Source: a virus
IMG/VR virus record: IMGVR_UViG_3300045988_093281
DNA length: 40,142 nucleotides
Direction: 5' to 3' (one strand)
Notes under the pieces: generated by a model
Seen by the model: only the letters and a program-made list of their open reading frames with translations
Told to the model about the DNA's origin: nothing
The model's database searches: none
Part shown: piece after piece, positions 24,284 to 32,893 of the stretch
How the letters are laid out: the number at the start of each line of letters is the position of its first letter
Numbering within the stretch: position 1 is the stretch's first letter
Translations under genes and position numbers: made by a program

Positions 24284-24568
24284 CTACTCCTCCAGTTCCT
24301 CGCCGTTGACGCCGTACAGATTCCTCAGGCGCATCAGGTCGCGCTGATAGTTTATCTCATACATCTCCGTTGCGTCGCTCCGCACGTACCGGAGATAGTC
24401 AAACAGCAGCGCTTGCGGCGTCCCCGGGACATCAAAGTTGAGCGTTGTCCCGGCATATTCCTCCAGCAGCACTTTCCCCCGTTCGATCCCGCCCTCCAGC
24501 TTGCGCTGGAGGGTTTTGTCTTGCCAGGTGATTTGGAGATACGCCAGCGCATCTTCCATCAGTGCCAT
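24284..24568 (-). CDS. gp6-like head-tail connector protein
   Basis: 94 aa, directly after the capsid gene. N-terminus ALAYLQITWQD. Confidence 0.7.
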   Translation of the reverse strand: MALMEDALAYLQITWQDKTLQRKLEGGIERGKVLLEEYAGTTLNFDVPGTPQALLFDYLRYVRSDATEMYEINYQRDLMRLRNLYGVNGEELEE

Positions 24569-24571
24569 GGT

Positions 24572-25807
24572 TTAGCCTCCCACCGCTTCTCCGGTGCTTT
24601 CCTGCACGATCTTATAGGCCAGCGCCGCCAGCGCGGAAATGTCCAGCACCTCGAAGCTGGTGTTGTCCTTGGGCCGTCCATTGCCAAGCAGCCGAATCTT
24701 GTATACCCTGTTGTCCTCCAGGAACTGTACGGAGTCGTCATAGGTTACAACACCCTTTTTGCTGCCCGCTCCCAGCATCCCGATGTACTGTTTTCCAAGG
24801 CCAACCACAGCCTTTCCCTTGGGGCATCCCTCGCTCTGAATAACCCTTGTGTGGAACGGGAGGACGTTAGACACGTAGCCGCCGGAGGGGGTCATGTAGG
24901 TGGTGGCAGGCATAATCTTGGTAAAATAGTCCTCCGGATTGCACACCAGAATCACGTCGCTTACCTTTCTGTTTCTTCCGGTTTGCGTCTTCGACAGTTT
25001 CGCCAGGATCGCGCCGTAGGTTGCCGGGTCAAGGCTGGTCACCTTGGTTGCGGTCTTCTGCGGGTAGGTGGTCAGCCCGGTGGAGCCGTCTGTGTTGCCC
25101 TTATCCAGGTCTCTGGTCATGCCCACGGGGCAATCTGCGTTATCCGCGTTGCCAGTGCCATCCACGATTGCCGCCTCCATGGCGGTGCCTGCTGCCTCTG
25201 TGAGGATTGCCCGCACGTATCGGTCAAGCCATGCCGCGCCCAGGTCAAGATAGTCCTGGCTCACCGCCATGAATGCGGTCAGCTTGCAGGTGGTTACGCT
25301 GATTTTGCCGAACGCGCCGGACAGCTCCTCGGTAACGGCACTGCCAATAGCACCCCACTTTGCGGTCTGCACGCCCTGCTTGTTGTAAATCCAGCTTGTC
25401 ATGTAGCTGGAGTTTACAAAATCAATGGCATCCAACAGCTCAAAGTTGGACTTTACATCCTGCATCACCTGGTCGATGATGGTCTCCGGCATGGTGACGG
25501 AAATGTCAGTCAGCGCGTTCTTCACGCCGGACACGTCCGTTCTCATTGCCGCTGCCAGGGCCTTGTAGTACGCGGTTTCCTCGTTGGTCAGCTGCCGCAC
25601 ACCTCTTGCCGCCAAAACGGTTGCATCGTTTCTCTGCGCCACGGACAGGCTCTGCGCCTCCTGTAGCATTGCCGCGCACACGTTCTCGCTGTAGCTCTCC
25701 AGGCAGGCAATCATTTTCTGTTCGCTGCCCTCCTGCATGGCGGAGGAATACGCAGCGCGAAACTCCTTCTTGCTGTCTTCCAGGCTTTTGGTCATTTTGA
25801 TTCCCAT
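24572..25807 (-). CDS. Major capsid protein (HK97 fold type)
   Basis: 411 aa, directly after the ClpP-like protease, with AAGGAG upstream. Confidence 0.92.
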   Translation of the reverse strand: MGIKMTKSLEDSKKEFRAAYSSAMQEGSEQKMIACLESYSENVCAAMLQEAQSLSVAQRNDATVLAARGVRQLTNEETAYYKALAAAMRTDVSGVKNALTDISVTMPETIIDQVMQDVKSNFELLDAIDFVNSSYMTSWIYNKQGVQTAKWGAIGSAVTEELSGAFGKISVTTCKLTAFMAVSQDYLDLGAAWLDRYVRAILTEAAGTAMEAAIVDGTGNADNADCPVGMTRDLDKGNTDGSTGLTTYPQKTATKVTSLDPATYGAILAKLSKTQTGRNRKVSDVILVCNPEDYFTKIMPATTYMTPSGGYVSNVLPFHTRVIQSEGCPKGKAVVGLGKQYIGMLGAGSKKGVVTYDDSVQFLEDNRVYKIRLLGNGRPKDNTSFEVLDISALAALAYKIVQESTGEAVGG

Positions 25808-25823
25808 ATTCGCTTTCGCTCCT

Positions 25824-26489
25824 TTACAAAAAATTTCGAAACATTTTTTGGAACGCCGTCTTTGGCGGTTCCGGTTCTTTTCTCAGCGCATCCCTGATGC
25901 ACTGGAACGCCGAGGAATACGCTGCATCCTCCTGCGGTTTCTCCTGCTCTACCGCCGTTGCAAACCCCCACTGTACGGCCTCCTCCGGGTCAATCCAGCT
26001 CTCCGCATCCAGCAGTTCCTCCAGCTTTCCGTCTTCCAGGCTCGTGTGCTCCCGGTAGATGTTCGCGGCAGTTTTGCTGATTTTGTCCAGATCATCCGCT
26101 GTCTTTCGCAGCTCTGCCGCGTTTCCCGCTGCATTCGCCCATGCGTTGTGGATCATGAGCAGGCTTGCACCCCGCATGATCCGTTTGTCCCCCGCCATAA
26201 ACACCAGGCTTGCAGCCGAGCAGCAGAATCCCTCCGCAATGGTGGTAACGCTTACCCCGCAATTTTTAAGCATGTTGTACATGGCGATTCCCGCCGACGT
26301 GCTGCCGCCGTAGGAATCAATGTGGCAGATTAGCTCCTTTGCGCCGCATTCCTCCAGTTTGTCCAGCAGTGTCACCGGACTGCCTTCTCCTGGCCACGTC
26401 CACGCGCCTTCCACGATGTCTCCCAAAATATACAGGTGAGCCGGTTCACTTTCCTGCGCCGGTGCCGCAAACTGATATGGCACGATCAT
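25824..26489 (-). CDS. ClpP-like (S14) head maturation protease
   Basis: HIDSYGGSTSAG, catalytic-Ser region GFCCSAASLVFMAG, and LMIHNA. Confidence 0.92.
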   Translation of the reverse strand: MIVPYQFAAPAQESEPAHLYILGDIVEGAWTWPGEGSPVTLLDKLEECGAKELICHIDSYGGSTSAGIAMYNMLKNCGVSVTTIAEGFCCSAASLVFMAGDKRIMRGASLLMIHNAWANAAGNAAELRKTADDLDKISKTAANIYREHTSLEDGKLEELLDAESWIDPEEAVQWGFATAVEQEKPQEDAAYSSAFQCIRDALRKEPEPPKTAFQKMFRNFL

Positions 26490-27712
26490 GTTGTCTCACC
26501 CCCTTCCTGTATTTCGTTGCCCTTAGAGCCCTGTGCCCCGTCTGCGGCTTGTCCCGCCGCTTCATCCGGGTTTTCCAGCAGACCGTAGTTTTTGGTAATA
26601 TAGTGCTTCTGCGCCTCCGGAGTCCCCAGCAGCGGCTCTCCACGCAGGTCTCTAAGCTCGTCCACGCTGTACTGCCCGCAACTGGTCATTCGTTCGCAAA
26701 ACTGCGGCAGGGCACTGGTGTCCCCCAGCTGGATTGGCAGTGGGTCAATAAACAGCCTTGACCCCCGTGTGTATTCTTTCTCTCCCAGCCGTTTTGCGTT
26801 GTATTCCTGCTCAAACGCCTGGGCAATTGGCCGGATGCCGAACATCACAAGGTCGGTTCTTGCATTTTCCGTATTCTCTACGCTGCCCTTCATCAGCGCC
26901 ACGGGCACCCGAAGCGCCAGCCCCAGCCGTTCGGCAAACTCGTCTGTCATATTGGCAATATCGTTCATCTCGCTCGTGTTTCTGGCCGATGTCGCAATTG
27001 GTGTGTAGGTATAGCCCGTATTCAGGGTCAGTGCACCGTTTTGGCTGTTGAAAAACGTTTTGAGCTGGGCTTGCAGCCGGTTCATTAGCGCCGTTCGCTG
27101 GGCTTCCGTGCCGGATTCCAGCCCCACGATGTTCAGCACGCCCTTTGTCCCGCTTTGCCGCCTGTATCCGCCGTATGCCGTCCCGATCATGGTCTCGTAC
27201 TCGTCTCCGATGCTGCTGAGCAGTGGGGCAAGCCCCGTCCAGTCCATCTTGATATGCATGACTTCTGCGGCGCTGAATGTATATGTCCTGGTGTCGTCGT
27301 CCACGCTCACGTCCCGGTAGATATCTGTCTGTGTCCCCCGGTGCTCCACGTTCCAGCTGTCTGCCACATATAGGTCTTTTCCGTTCGGTGAAAACACCAG
27401 CGCCTCGTTTTGCATCGCTAGCCAAAATACCAGTCTCGCGCAGAACTCCGCCTTGCTCTGGTTCCCGTTTGGCCGGTTGTTCAGCCGGAAAAACTCCGCG
27501 CCCTTCTCCTCTTTGCCGTCCTTGATCGTTCGCCACCGGCACATAGACAGCCCCGCCGCCAGATACCCCGCAGCGCTTGCCATCATAAGCATTTTGATAT
27601 TCAGTATTTTTTCTGCCGTTTCTGTGGTTCCTGCCACAGGCTCCGCCTCGATTTTGTAATCTCCGGTTTTTTTGCCCGACAGCCAGTCCACAAAGTTTTG
27701 AAATGCTCCCAT
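26486..27712 (-). CDS. Portal protein (HK97-type)
   Basis: 408 aa, between TerL and the protease. Confidence 0.92.
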   Translation of the reverse strand: MGAFQNFVDWLSGKKTGDYKIEAEPVAGTTETAEKILNIKMLMMASAAGYLAAGLSMCRWRTIKDGKEEKGAEFFRLNNRPNGNQSKAEFCARLVFWLAMQNEALVFSPNGKDLYVADSWNVEHRGTQTDIYRDVSVDDDTRTYTFSAAEVMHIKMDWTGLAPLLSSIGDEYETMIGTAYGGYRRQSGTKGVLNIVGLESGTEAQRTALMNRLQAQLKTFFNSQNGALTLNTGYTYTPIATSARNTSEMNDIANMTDEFAERLGLALRVPVALMKGSVENTENARTDLVMFGIRPIAQAFEQEYNAKRLGEKEYTRGSRLFIDPLPIQLGDTSALPQFCERMTSCGQYSVDELRDLRGEPLLGTPEAQKHYITKNYGLLENPDEAAGQAADGAQGSKGNEIQEGGETT

Positions 27713-27727
27713 ACCGGCCTCCTTGAC

Positions 27728-29368
27728 TTAGAATGTAAATACGCCAAACCCCATGGCATTGTTTGCTTGCTCCAACTCCAGCCGATCCACCATTGTCACC
27801 GCAGCCACCGCCGCCATAAAACCGTCCGTTTTCCGCGTCTTTGGCTCGATCTTTCCGAAGGTGATATTGCCTCTGGTGTCCAGCAGCTGCTTGGTGTTGT
27901 TGATGTACCATCGCATCAGAGCATCATCTCCGAACGCCACCTGCTGCCGGTTCAGCTTTGCAATCAGTCTTGGGGCGATTTGCATAATGTTCCGCCCCTT
28001 TACCTGTAGAATGTTTCCGTCCTTTCCTGCCACGAAGCCGATGCCCTCCAGCGCCTTTTTCATGATCCCGAATCGGTAGTCGTCGATTGCCACGCCGATC
28101 ACCCGCTTCACCGCCATCTGTTCGGACAGCCATTTGGCCGGTAGCTCCGGCGGTATCTCCACATCCTCTACCCAGGTAATAAGCCTCCGCTCCACGGCGT
28201 CCTGAATCGGGAACTTGATCCTGCTCAGGTCTTTACACTGACTGCAAACCCATGTGTGCTGCCGCCAGACCCATTCATCTCCAGCCAGTCCGAACAGCAC
28301 CACGGCCACAAAGTCTGTCGTGCGGGCAAAGTCCATTCCGGCCACCCACACGTCCGGCTCCCGTTTTGCCGATCTGCTGCAAGCCACAATGTTCTCCCAG
28401 GCGGTGACTTCGGTTTCCATGCTTCCCTGCGGGATGTTCATTCTCTTGGTCATAAATGCGGCATTGCCGATGTTGTCCATCCTGTAGTCCGCATACTCCC
28501 GCCGCAGCTCGTCCATCAGGTTTGGAAAATACCGTAGGCTCGGATTGGCCTTGTACCAGTTCCGCTCCTCGTTTACTTCTTCTTTTGCGTCCAGCTTGCA
28601 GATAAACGGCAGCAGCCCGTTATCCGGAATCGCTCCCTGCAAAATCTGCTTGCTTCGTGCCAGCATATGATCCAGAGGCCCGTCCCGCACGTCGCCGTCC
28701 GTTGTGATAATCGTGCTCCGTGGGAATTCCTTTTTGCCCAAGCCGGTCTTTGCTACCCGCACCACGTCATAGTTTTCGTAGGCATGGAATTCGTCAAAAT
28801 CTACCTTGCCCGGCCTTCCTCCGTCCTTGGTTTTCGCATTGGATGTCCGGAACCGCAGCTGTGACCCGGTCTGCTTCGACGTGATAACCTCCAAATTCCA
28901 CTTAAAAAACTTCTGTAGCTTCCGCTCGTTCCGCTCCATGACGTTGTAAACATCCGTAAAGGACGTTTTCGCCTGATCTTCGGAGTTCGCGAAAATGTCG
29001 ATGTGGTAGTCCTTCACACCATTCACCGGTGTCAGCAGGCAAAAGTCCTCGAAAGACAGGTATCCGTTTTTTCCCCCTCCGCGTCCCATGTACAAAAATG
29101 CCTCCGGGAATCTGAGCAATCCGTCCTCCCGGTATACGCAGTTGTGGAGCGCAAACATAAAGATTTCCCACTCGAAAAGTTTGTATGGAAAATACTTTTG
29201 ATAGCCTAAATATTTGCTTAGTTGCTCATGGTTTATGCTTAAATTTTCTGTTTCAAAAACATTTTTTACGAAATTCCCGAGCATTTTCTGCCATTTACAC
29301 ACGGGGTACTCGTCGTCGTGCTCAATCATGTCGAGATAAGTTGTGATTTCTGGGCAATCAATTCTCAA
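27728..29368 (-). CDS. terL: Terminase large subunit
   Basis: 546 aa. Walker A-like GRGGGKNGY, and a C-terminal nuclease half. Overlaps the TerS stop. Confidence 0.95.
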   Translation of the reverse strand: MRIDCPEITTYLDMIEHDDEYPVCKWQKMLGNFVKNVFETENLSINHEQLSKYLGYQKYFPYKLFEWEIFMFALHNCVYREDGLLRFPEAFLYMGRGGGKNGYLSFEDFCLLTPVNGVKDYHIDIFANSEDQAKTSFTDVYNVMERNERKLQKFFKWNLEVITSKQTGSQLRFRTSNAKTKDGGRPGKVDFDEFHAYENYDVVRVAKTGLGKKEFPRSTIITTDGDVRDGPLDHMLARSKQILQGAIPDNGLLPFICKLDAKEEVNEERNWYKANPSLRYFPNLMDELRREYADYRMDNIGNAAFMTKRMNIPQGSMETEVTAWENIVACSRSAKREPDVWVAGMDFARTTDFVAVVLFGLAGDEWVWRQHTWVCSQCKDLSRIKFPIQDAVERRLITWVEDVEIPPELPAKWLSEQMAVKRVIGVAIDDYRFGIMKKALEGIGFVAGKDGNILQVKGRNIMQIAPRLIAKLNRQQVAFGDDALMRWYINNTKQLLDTRGNITFGKIEPKTRKTDGFMAAVAAVTMVDRLELEQANNAMGFGVFTF

Positions 29369-29925
29369 AGCTCATCATCGTCCGGATTTGTGTACCCCTT
29401 CACGGTGATCTCCATGGAATCAAGCGCGTCCTGCATGGCTTTTGCAAATGTTACAATATCTCGACTCGCTGTGTTGTCTTTTTCGTACTGTTTGCCGGAA
29501 CTGGAGGTTGTGAAATAGCTTCTGCCCCGCTCCCGGAGGCTTTTATTTGCCTCTTGAAAAGCGTCCCACAGCGCCAGGAACTGAGAAATCCGATCTTCAA
29601 ACACCGGCCCGCCCAAACCTTTGGCCTGCAACTGTTCCCGGATTTCCGCTTCGATTTTTTCCCTTCGCTTTGTGGTCTCATTCAGCCCCATGGTGTCCAT
29701 GATCTTCCCCATGTTCGCAATTTCCAAAGCGATTCCGTTTGTTCCGTTTTCGTCGTACTCGTCCCATCGGTCTGTATAGTCATTTTCCAGCTTCATGAGC
29801 CTGTCCCGCGCATCCAAATACTGCTCCAGAAGGTCTTTGTTCGCCGCGTCGCAGACGTTCATTTGCTTTAGCCGCTCCAACAGTGCTTTTTTTACTGCCG
29901 CCCGTGTCGGCTTCCCTGTAGCCAT
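29365..29925 (-). CDS. terS: Terminase small subunit (P27-like)
   Basis: 186 aa, directly upstream of TerL, with AAGAGGTGA as SD. Confidence 0.8.
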   Translation of the reverse strand: MATGKPTRAAVKKALLERLKQMNVCDAANKDLLEQYLDARDRLMKLENDYTDRWDEYDENGTNGIALEIANMGKIMDTMGLNETTKRREKIEAEIREQLQAKGLGGPVFEDRISQFLALWDAFQEANKSLRERGRSYFTTSSSGKQYEKDNTASRDIVTFAKAMQDALDSMEITVKGYTNPDDDEL

Positions 29926-30286
29926 TTCGTTATCACCTCTTTATTTCCATTTATTCCCAGCGCCCCCACGATTTTTTTAGCGCACACCCGATGCTCTCCA
30001 TCTTTTGTCGAGAGGGGGCACGGTCTAGAGGCGGCGGAGAAAATCCGGTTTTTGGAAGTGGGGGTGCGTTATGTCTACCCGCCCTCCACTGCCGCAGGCC
30101 CGCCGAAGGCCGCCGCGCTCTCGAGATCTACCCACCCCGGCCCCGTCTCTTTTTGTTGTGTTTTTTGCCGCGCTGCTTTGCTGCTCGTCGCCTTGCCGCT
30201 CTCTGCCCTGATCTCTTGCCCGTCCTCTCCCCTTGCTTGCTCCCTCTCCTGGCAATCTCCAACTGCTTTTCGGTTTGCGCCTGGGG
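29926..30286. other. ORF-poor GC-rich region between HNH and TerS; probable cos/packaging site
   Basis: No SD-preceded ORF. TCTACCCNCCC occurs twice (about 30074 and 30126). This is the expected position of cos in HNH-TerS-TerL phages. Confidence 0.4.
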
Positions 30287-30604
30287 CTACCACCGTTCCG
30301 GCGGCGCTCCGAAGTCTCCCGCGCCTCGCTCTGTCTGTGCGTGTATCTCCTCGTGGCACCGCTTGCACAGGCACTCTAAGTTGCTTTGTGCAAGCGCCAA
30401 ACGTGGTGCCCGTAAAAGGGGGGTTTTGTGATGCACCTGTTCTGCCGGGGAGTATAGGCCCCGCCGCTTGCATCGCTGACACTCGTTGTGCTGCAATTCC
30501 CGCGCCTCCGCCGCTGCTCGTTGCCACATATACGTGCGGTAAAACGCCGGTGCTCCTCCGGTCTCCAGCAGCTCCCGTACTCTCTGCGTCCTGGTATCCT
30601 CCAC
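30287..30604 (-). CDS. HNH endonuclease associated with packaging
   Basis: GTG 30604 lies 8 nt after AAGGAGG. CQRC..HHKTP..N..CLCKRCHEEIH forms the HNH motif. Confidence 0.9.
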   Translation of the reverse strand: MEDTRTQRVRELLETGGAPAFYRTYMWQRAAAEARELQHNECQRCKRRGLYSPAEQVHHKTPLLRAPRLALAQSNLECLCKRCHEEIHAQTERGAGDFGAPPERW

Positions 30605-30682
30605 GCCTGCGCCCTCCTTATGCTCTTATTCTGCCGCGTGCAGTGGTGCATTTTGTACGGTCTTTTGCTGCCTGCTGGACGC

Positions 30683-30710
30683 AAAAAAGGCGCAGCTTAA
30701 CGGCTGCGCC
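30683..30710 (-). terminator. Rho-independent terminator (second of a tandem pair)
   Basis: On the minus strand: GGCGCAGC-cgttaa-GCTGCGCC followed by TTTTTT. Confidence 0.75.
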
Positions 30711-30717
30711 TAGTGAA

Positions 30718-30751
30718 TAAAAAAAATAAGCGGACGCTTTCGCGCCCGCTC
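30718..30751 (-). terminator. Rho-independent terminator (first of a tandem pair)
   Basis: On the minus strand: AGCGGGCGCG-aaa-GCGTCCGCT followed by TATTTTTTTT. Confidence 0.75.
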
Positions 30752-30774
30752 ATCCTACGTTATTTTGTCTTGTC

Positions 30775-31122
30775 TTATTTCCCCTCGCGTTCCCTCTCTG
30801 CCGCTGCCGCCCACTCTCGGAGCTCTTGTGCTTCCGCTGCCGCCCGCCTTTTGTCCTCCGTCTTTCTTTCCTCCGACGTGATCCACGCTATCCTTGCTTT
30901 TACGCTCTCCATTGTCGCCTTTCTCCCGCCCTTGTTGTTTGTCGGGGTGTCTCCCACGATGTGCCAATTCAGGTACCTCCGCCAGTTGTCTTTTGACGCC
31001 CAGACCTCCCCATCCTCCTCGTCAAAAAATATGTACGCCCTCCCTCTTGCCTCTACCAAATAATTATATTGCCCCACTGCCTCTTTTAGCCCATGCACTT
31101 TTACCCCGTTGATTTTAATCAT
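30775..31122 (-). CDS. 115-aa hypothetical protein
   Basis: Internal ATG 31122 behind GGAAGGAGAA. Translation MIKINGVKVHGLKEAVGQYNYLVEARGRAYIFFDEEDGEVW... Confidence 0.6.
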   Translation of the reverse strand: MIKINGVKVHGLKEAVGQYNYLVEARGRAYIFFDEEDGEVWASKDNWRRYLNWHIVGDTPTNNKGGRKATMESVKARIAWITSEERKTEDKRRAAAEAQELREWAAAAEREREGK

Positions 31123-31319
31123 TTTTTTGTTCTCCTTCCCGCCGCCCTTCAGCGGCCTCCGTGTGTCTGTGTTTTGCCGTCCTCCTGTTGTTGTTTTTGT
31201 TTTGGTTCTCACTGGAGCGCCGGAACCCGTCCGGCGCTCGGTCAGAATCAATGCATATCCTCAACGCTCCAACCGCTATACCGCGCAGAAATGATGCTGT
31301 CGTCCTCCTTATTGCCTGG

Positions 31320-31565
31320 TCACTCGTCCGCCCATCCCCATAGATCAAACCAGGACGTCGGGCAGTACAGCTCATACGTTGTGAGATACGGCTCTTCGAC
31401 GTGGTTTGCCAGTATTGGCGTAGTCCTATCGGCCGCCAGCTCATCAAGCTCTGGTATTCTGTTCTCGGACTGTACGTACAGTCCAAACCCCTGTCGGGTG
31501 ATGTAGTGCCGCATGATCTCCATGCCATACTTTTTTTGCAGCTCTTTTGCTCTTGCTCTCGTCAT
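31320..31565 (-). CDS. 81-aa hypothetical protein
   Basis: Internal ATG 31565 behind GGAGGTAATTATA. Translation MTRARAKELQKKYGMEIMRHYITRQGFGLYVQ... Confidence 0.55.
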   Translation of the reverse strand: MTRARAKELQKKYGMEIMRHYITRQGFGLYVQSENRIPELDELAADRTTPILANHVEEPYLTTYELYCPTSWFDLWGWADE

Positions 31566-31643
31566 TATAATTACCTCCATCGTTTTTGATCCCTCGTCCA
31601 TCTTACCACAAATTTTTGCTTTTGTCATTGATGCTATGCTGTT

Positions 31644-32234
31644 TTAAGCATCAACCATAACAAATCTAAGCTCCTGCGTTCCGTCGCACAGCGTGCGCCC
31701 AATCTCGTAGTGATGATATTTGTACCGCCCGAACGCGCACAGTAACACAATTTCGCCATACTGGTATTCATAATCAATCTTATATTTTTTTGCCCATTCA
31801 ACAAGCTTTCCCGCTGGTGTAAAATTTTCATTGGGCTTTGTCGTGCTTTCTATTGTTTCCGCCCAAATCACACTATTATATTTTTCGGCGCTTACTGCGT
31901 TCACCGAGTCCAAAATATCTGCTATTGTGTAGTTTTTCCCATCCACACCCAATCTATACGCCCAGCAGTTCCCATTGTTGTCATACCGGCACAAATCCGC
32001 ATGTAATGCGTGATCATTTGTAATTTTGTGCGTTTTGCCCTTTGTATCGTATGTATATCCTCTTCCAAAGTCCCCGCAAACCTCTACACCGTCCGCCGTT
32101 GTAAACTCCGTGTATATTCTCCAGTTGCCAACATCGGAATATTTCCCGATAGGATCATCACTTGCAAAGTTGCAGCCCCTTCTTTCTAGTACCAGCGCGC
32201 CGGGGTTCATCTTCCGCATTGTTGCATATTTCAT
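31644..32234 (-). CDS. 196-aa hypothetical protein in a visibly AT-richer island
   Basis: ATG behind AAGGAGGAAATTACA. No family recognised. Confidence 0.75.
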   Translation of the reverse strand: MKYATMRKMNPGALVLERRGCNFASDDPIGKYSDVGNWRIYTEFTTADGVEVCGDFGRGYTYDTKGKTHKITNDHALHADLCRYDNNGNCWAYRLGVDGKNYTIADILDSVNAVSAEKYNSVIWAETIESTTKPNENFTPAGKLVEWAKKYKIDYEYQYGEIVLLCAFGRYKYHHYEIGRTLCDGTQELRFVMVDA

Positions 32235-32247
32235 TGTAATTTCCTCC

Positions 32248-32361
32248 TTGATTTTTTTGCCTTACTTTGTTACAATCAAGGCGGCGGGAGTAAGGCTTCC
32301 CGCACGCCTTTTTGGTATTGTGAGTAGCGGCTGGTTAACTGGTGTCGCTACTCACTTTTTT
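32248..32361 (+). ncRNA. Candidate small antisense RNA (promoter plus two plus-strand-only terminator hairpins)
   Basis: TTGATT, 17-nt spacer, TACAAT with TGn (32248-32276). Hairpin GGCGGCGGGAG..CTTCCCGCaCGCC followed by T5 (32280-32313). Hairpin GTGAGTAGCG..CGCTACTCAC followed by T6 (32320-32361). Confidence 0.3.
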
Positions 32362-32485
32362 ACGCTTTGACCTTGCTTTCCCGGACAATCCGGGCGGCGG
32401 TTTCTGCGTCCTTGGCGTTCGCTTCAATCAGCTTTGCAATATTCTCTAGATACTGATTGAGTTCAGCCGTTGTCATTTCGTCCAT
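32360..32485 (-). CDS. 41-aa micro-ORF; first ORF of the RHH-controlled operon
   Basis: ATG 32485 behind GGAAGTGAGGAC. Translation MDEMTTAELNQYLENIAKLIEANAKDAETAARIVRESKVKA. Confidence 0.45.
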   Translation of the reverse strand: MDEMTTAELNQYLENIAKLIEANAKDAETAARIVRESKVKA

Positions 32486-32535
32486 GTCCTCACTTCCTTT
32501 CATAAAGGGCTGCCCGCCCTTGCCTTACGCTTACT

Positions 32536-32564
32536 ATTATACGCATATGTATATGCATATGCAA
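32536..32564 (-). promoter_or_regulatory. Near-consensus minus-strand promoter
   Basis: On the minus strand: TTGCAT, 17-nt spacer, TATAAT. Confidence 0.7.
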
Positions 32565-32570
32565 TATGCG
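32542..32570. promoter_or_regulatory. Nested palindromic operator overlapping the 32536..32564 promoter
   Basis: CGCATAT..ATATGCG arms enclose the perfect palindrome ATATGCATAT (32551-32560). Confidence 0.6.
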
Positions 32571-32660
32571 CATTAACCAAAAATAGAATGTTTTTTGTGT
32601 GTATTATGCCTATATATATACATTGCTGCAATATGTTACAATACGCTAGAGGTGATGTGC

Positions 32661-32873
32661 ATGAGTGGAAAAACCAGCTACGCAAGCATAAAAAAGTATA
32701 GTGACAAATCATACGATAAAATATTGCTAACGGTGCGCAAGGGCGGACGAGAACAGATCAGGGAAGCCGCTGCTGCTGCTGGGCAATCTGTGCAAGATTA
32801 TATAAGAGATGCAATAACCGCAAGAATGGCTGAAGAACATTCTTGCGGAACATTGGACAATGGCATATGGTAA
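32661..32873 (+). CDS. Ribbon-helix-helix (Arc/CopG-like) DNA-binding protein
   Basis: ATG 32661 behind AGAGGTGA, with an extended -10 TGTTACAAT at 32634-32642. KSYDKILLTVRKGGREQIREAAAAAGQSVQDYIRDAITARM fits a beta-alpha-alpha RHH layout. Confidence 0.8.
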   Translation: MSGKTSYASIKKYSDKSYDKILLTVRKGGREQIREAAAAAGQSVQDYIRDAITARMAEEHSCGTLDNGIW

Positions 32874-32893
32874 TTCAATTCCCCCTCTCCGGC

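Noticed and set aside
24413-25666. 417-aa plus-strand ORF antisense to the capsid gene. Similar long shadow ORFs are 22423..23343 (+), 26811..27911 (-), 20674..21102 (-), 4574..5209 (-) and 9247..9909 (-).
   Set aside because: These are typical GC-rich shadow frames opposite or out of frame with confidently identified genes. They have no SD and an Arg/Gly/His/Pro-biased composition.
30025-30527. ORFs 30025..30255 (-), 30075..30527 (-), 30052..30720 (+) and 29991..30431 (+) in the HNH/cos region
   Set aside because: They are Arg/Gly/Ala/Pro-rich, lack an SD, and overlap the HNH gene or the presumed cos region. They are treated as GC-driven artefacts.
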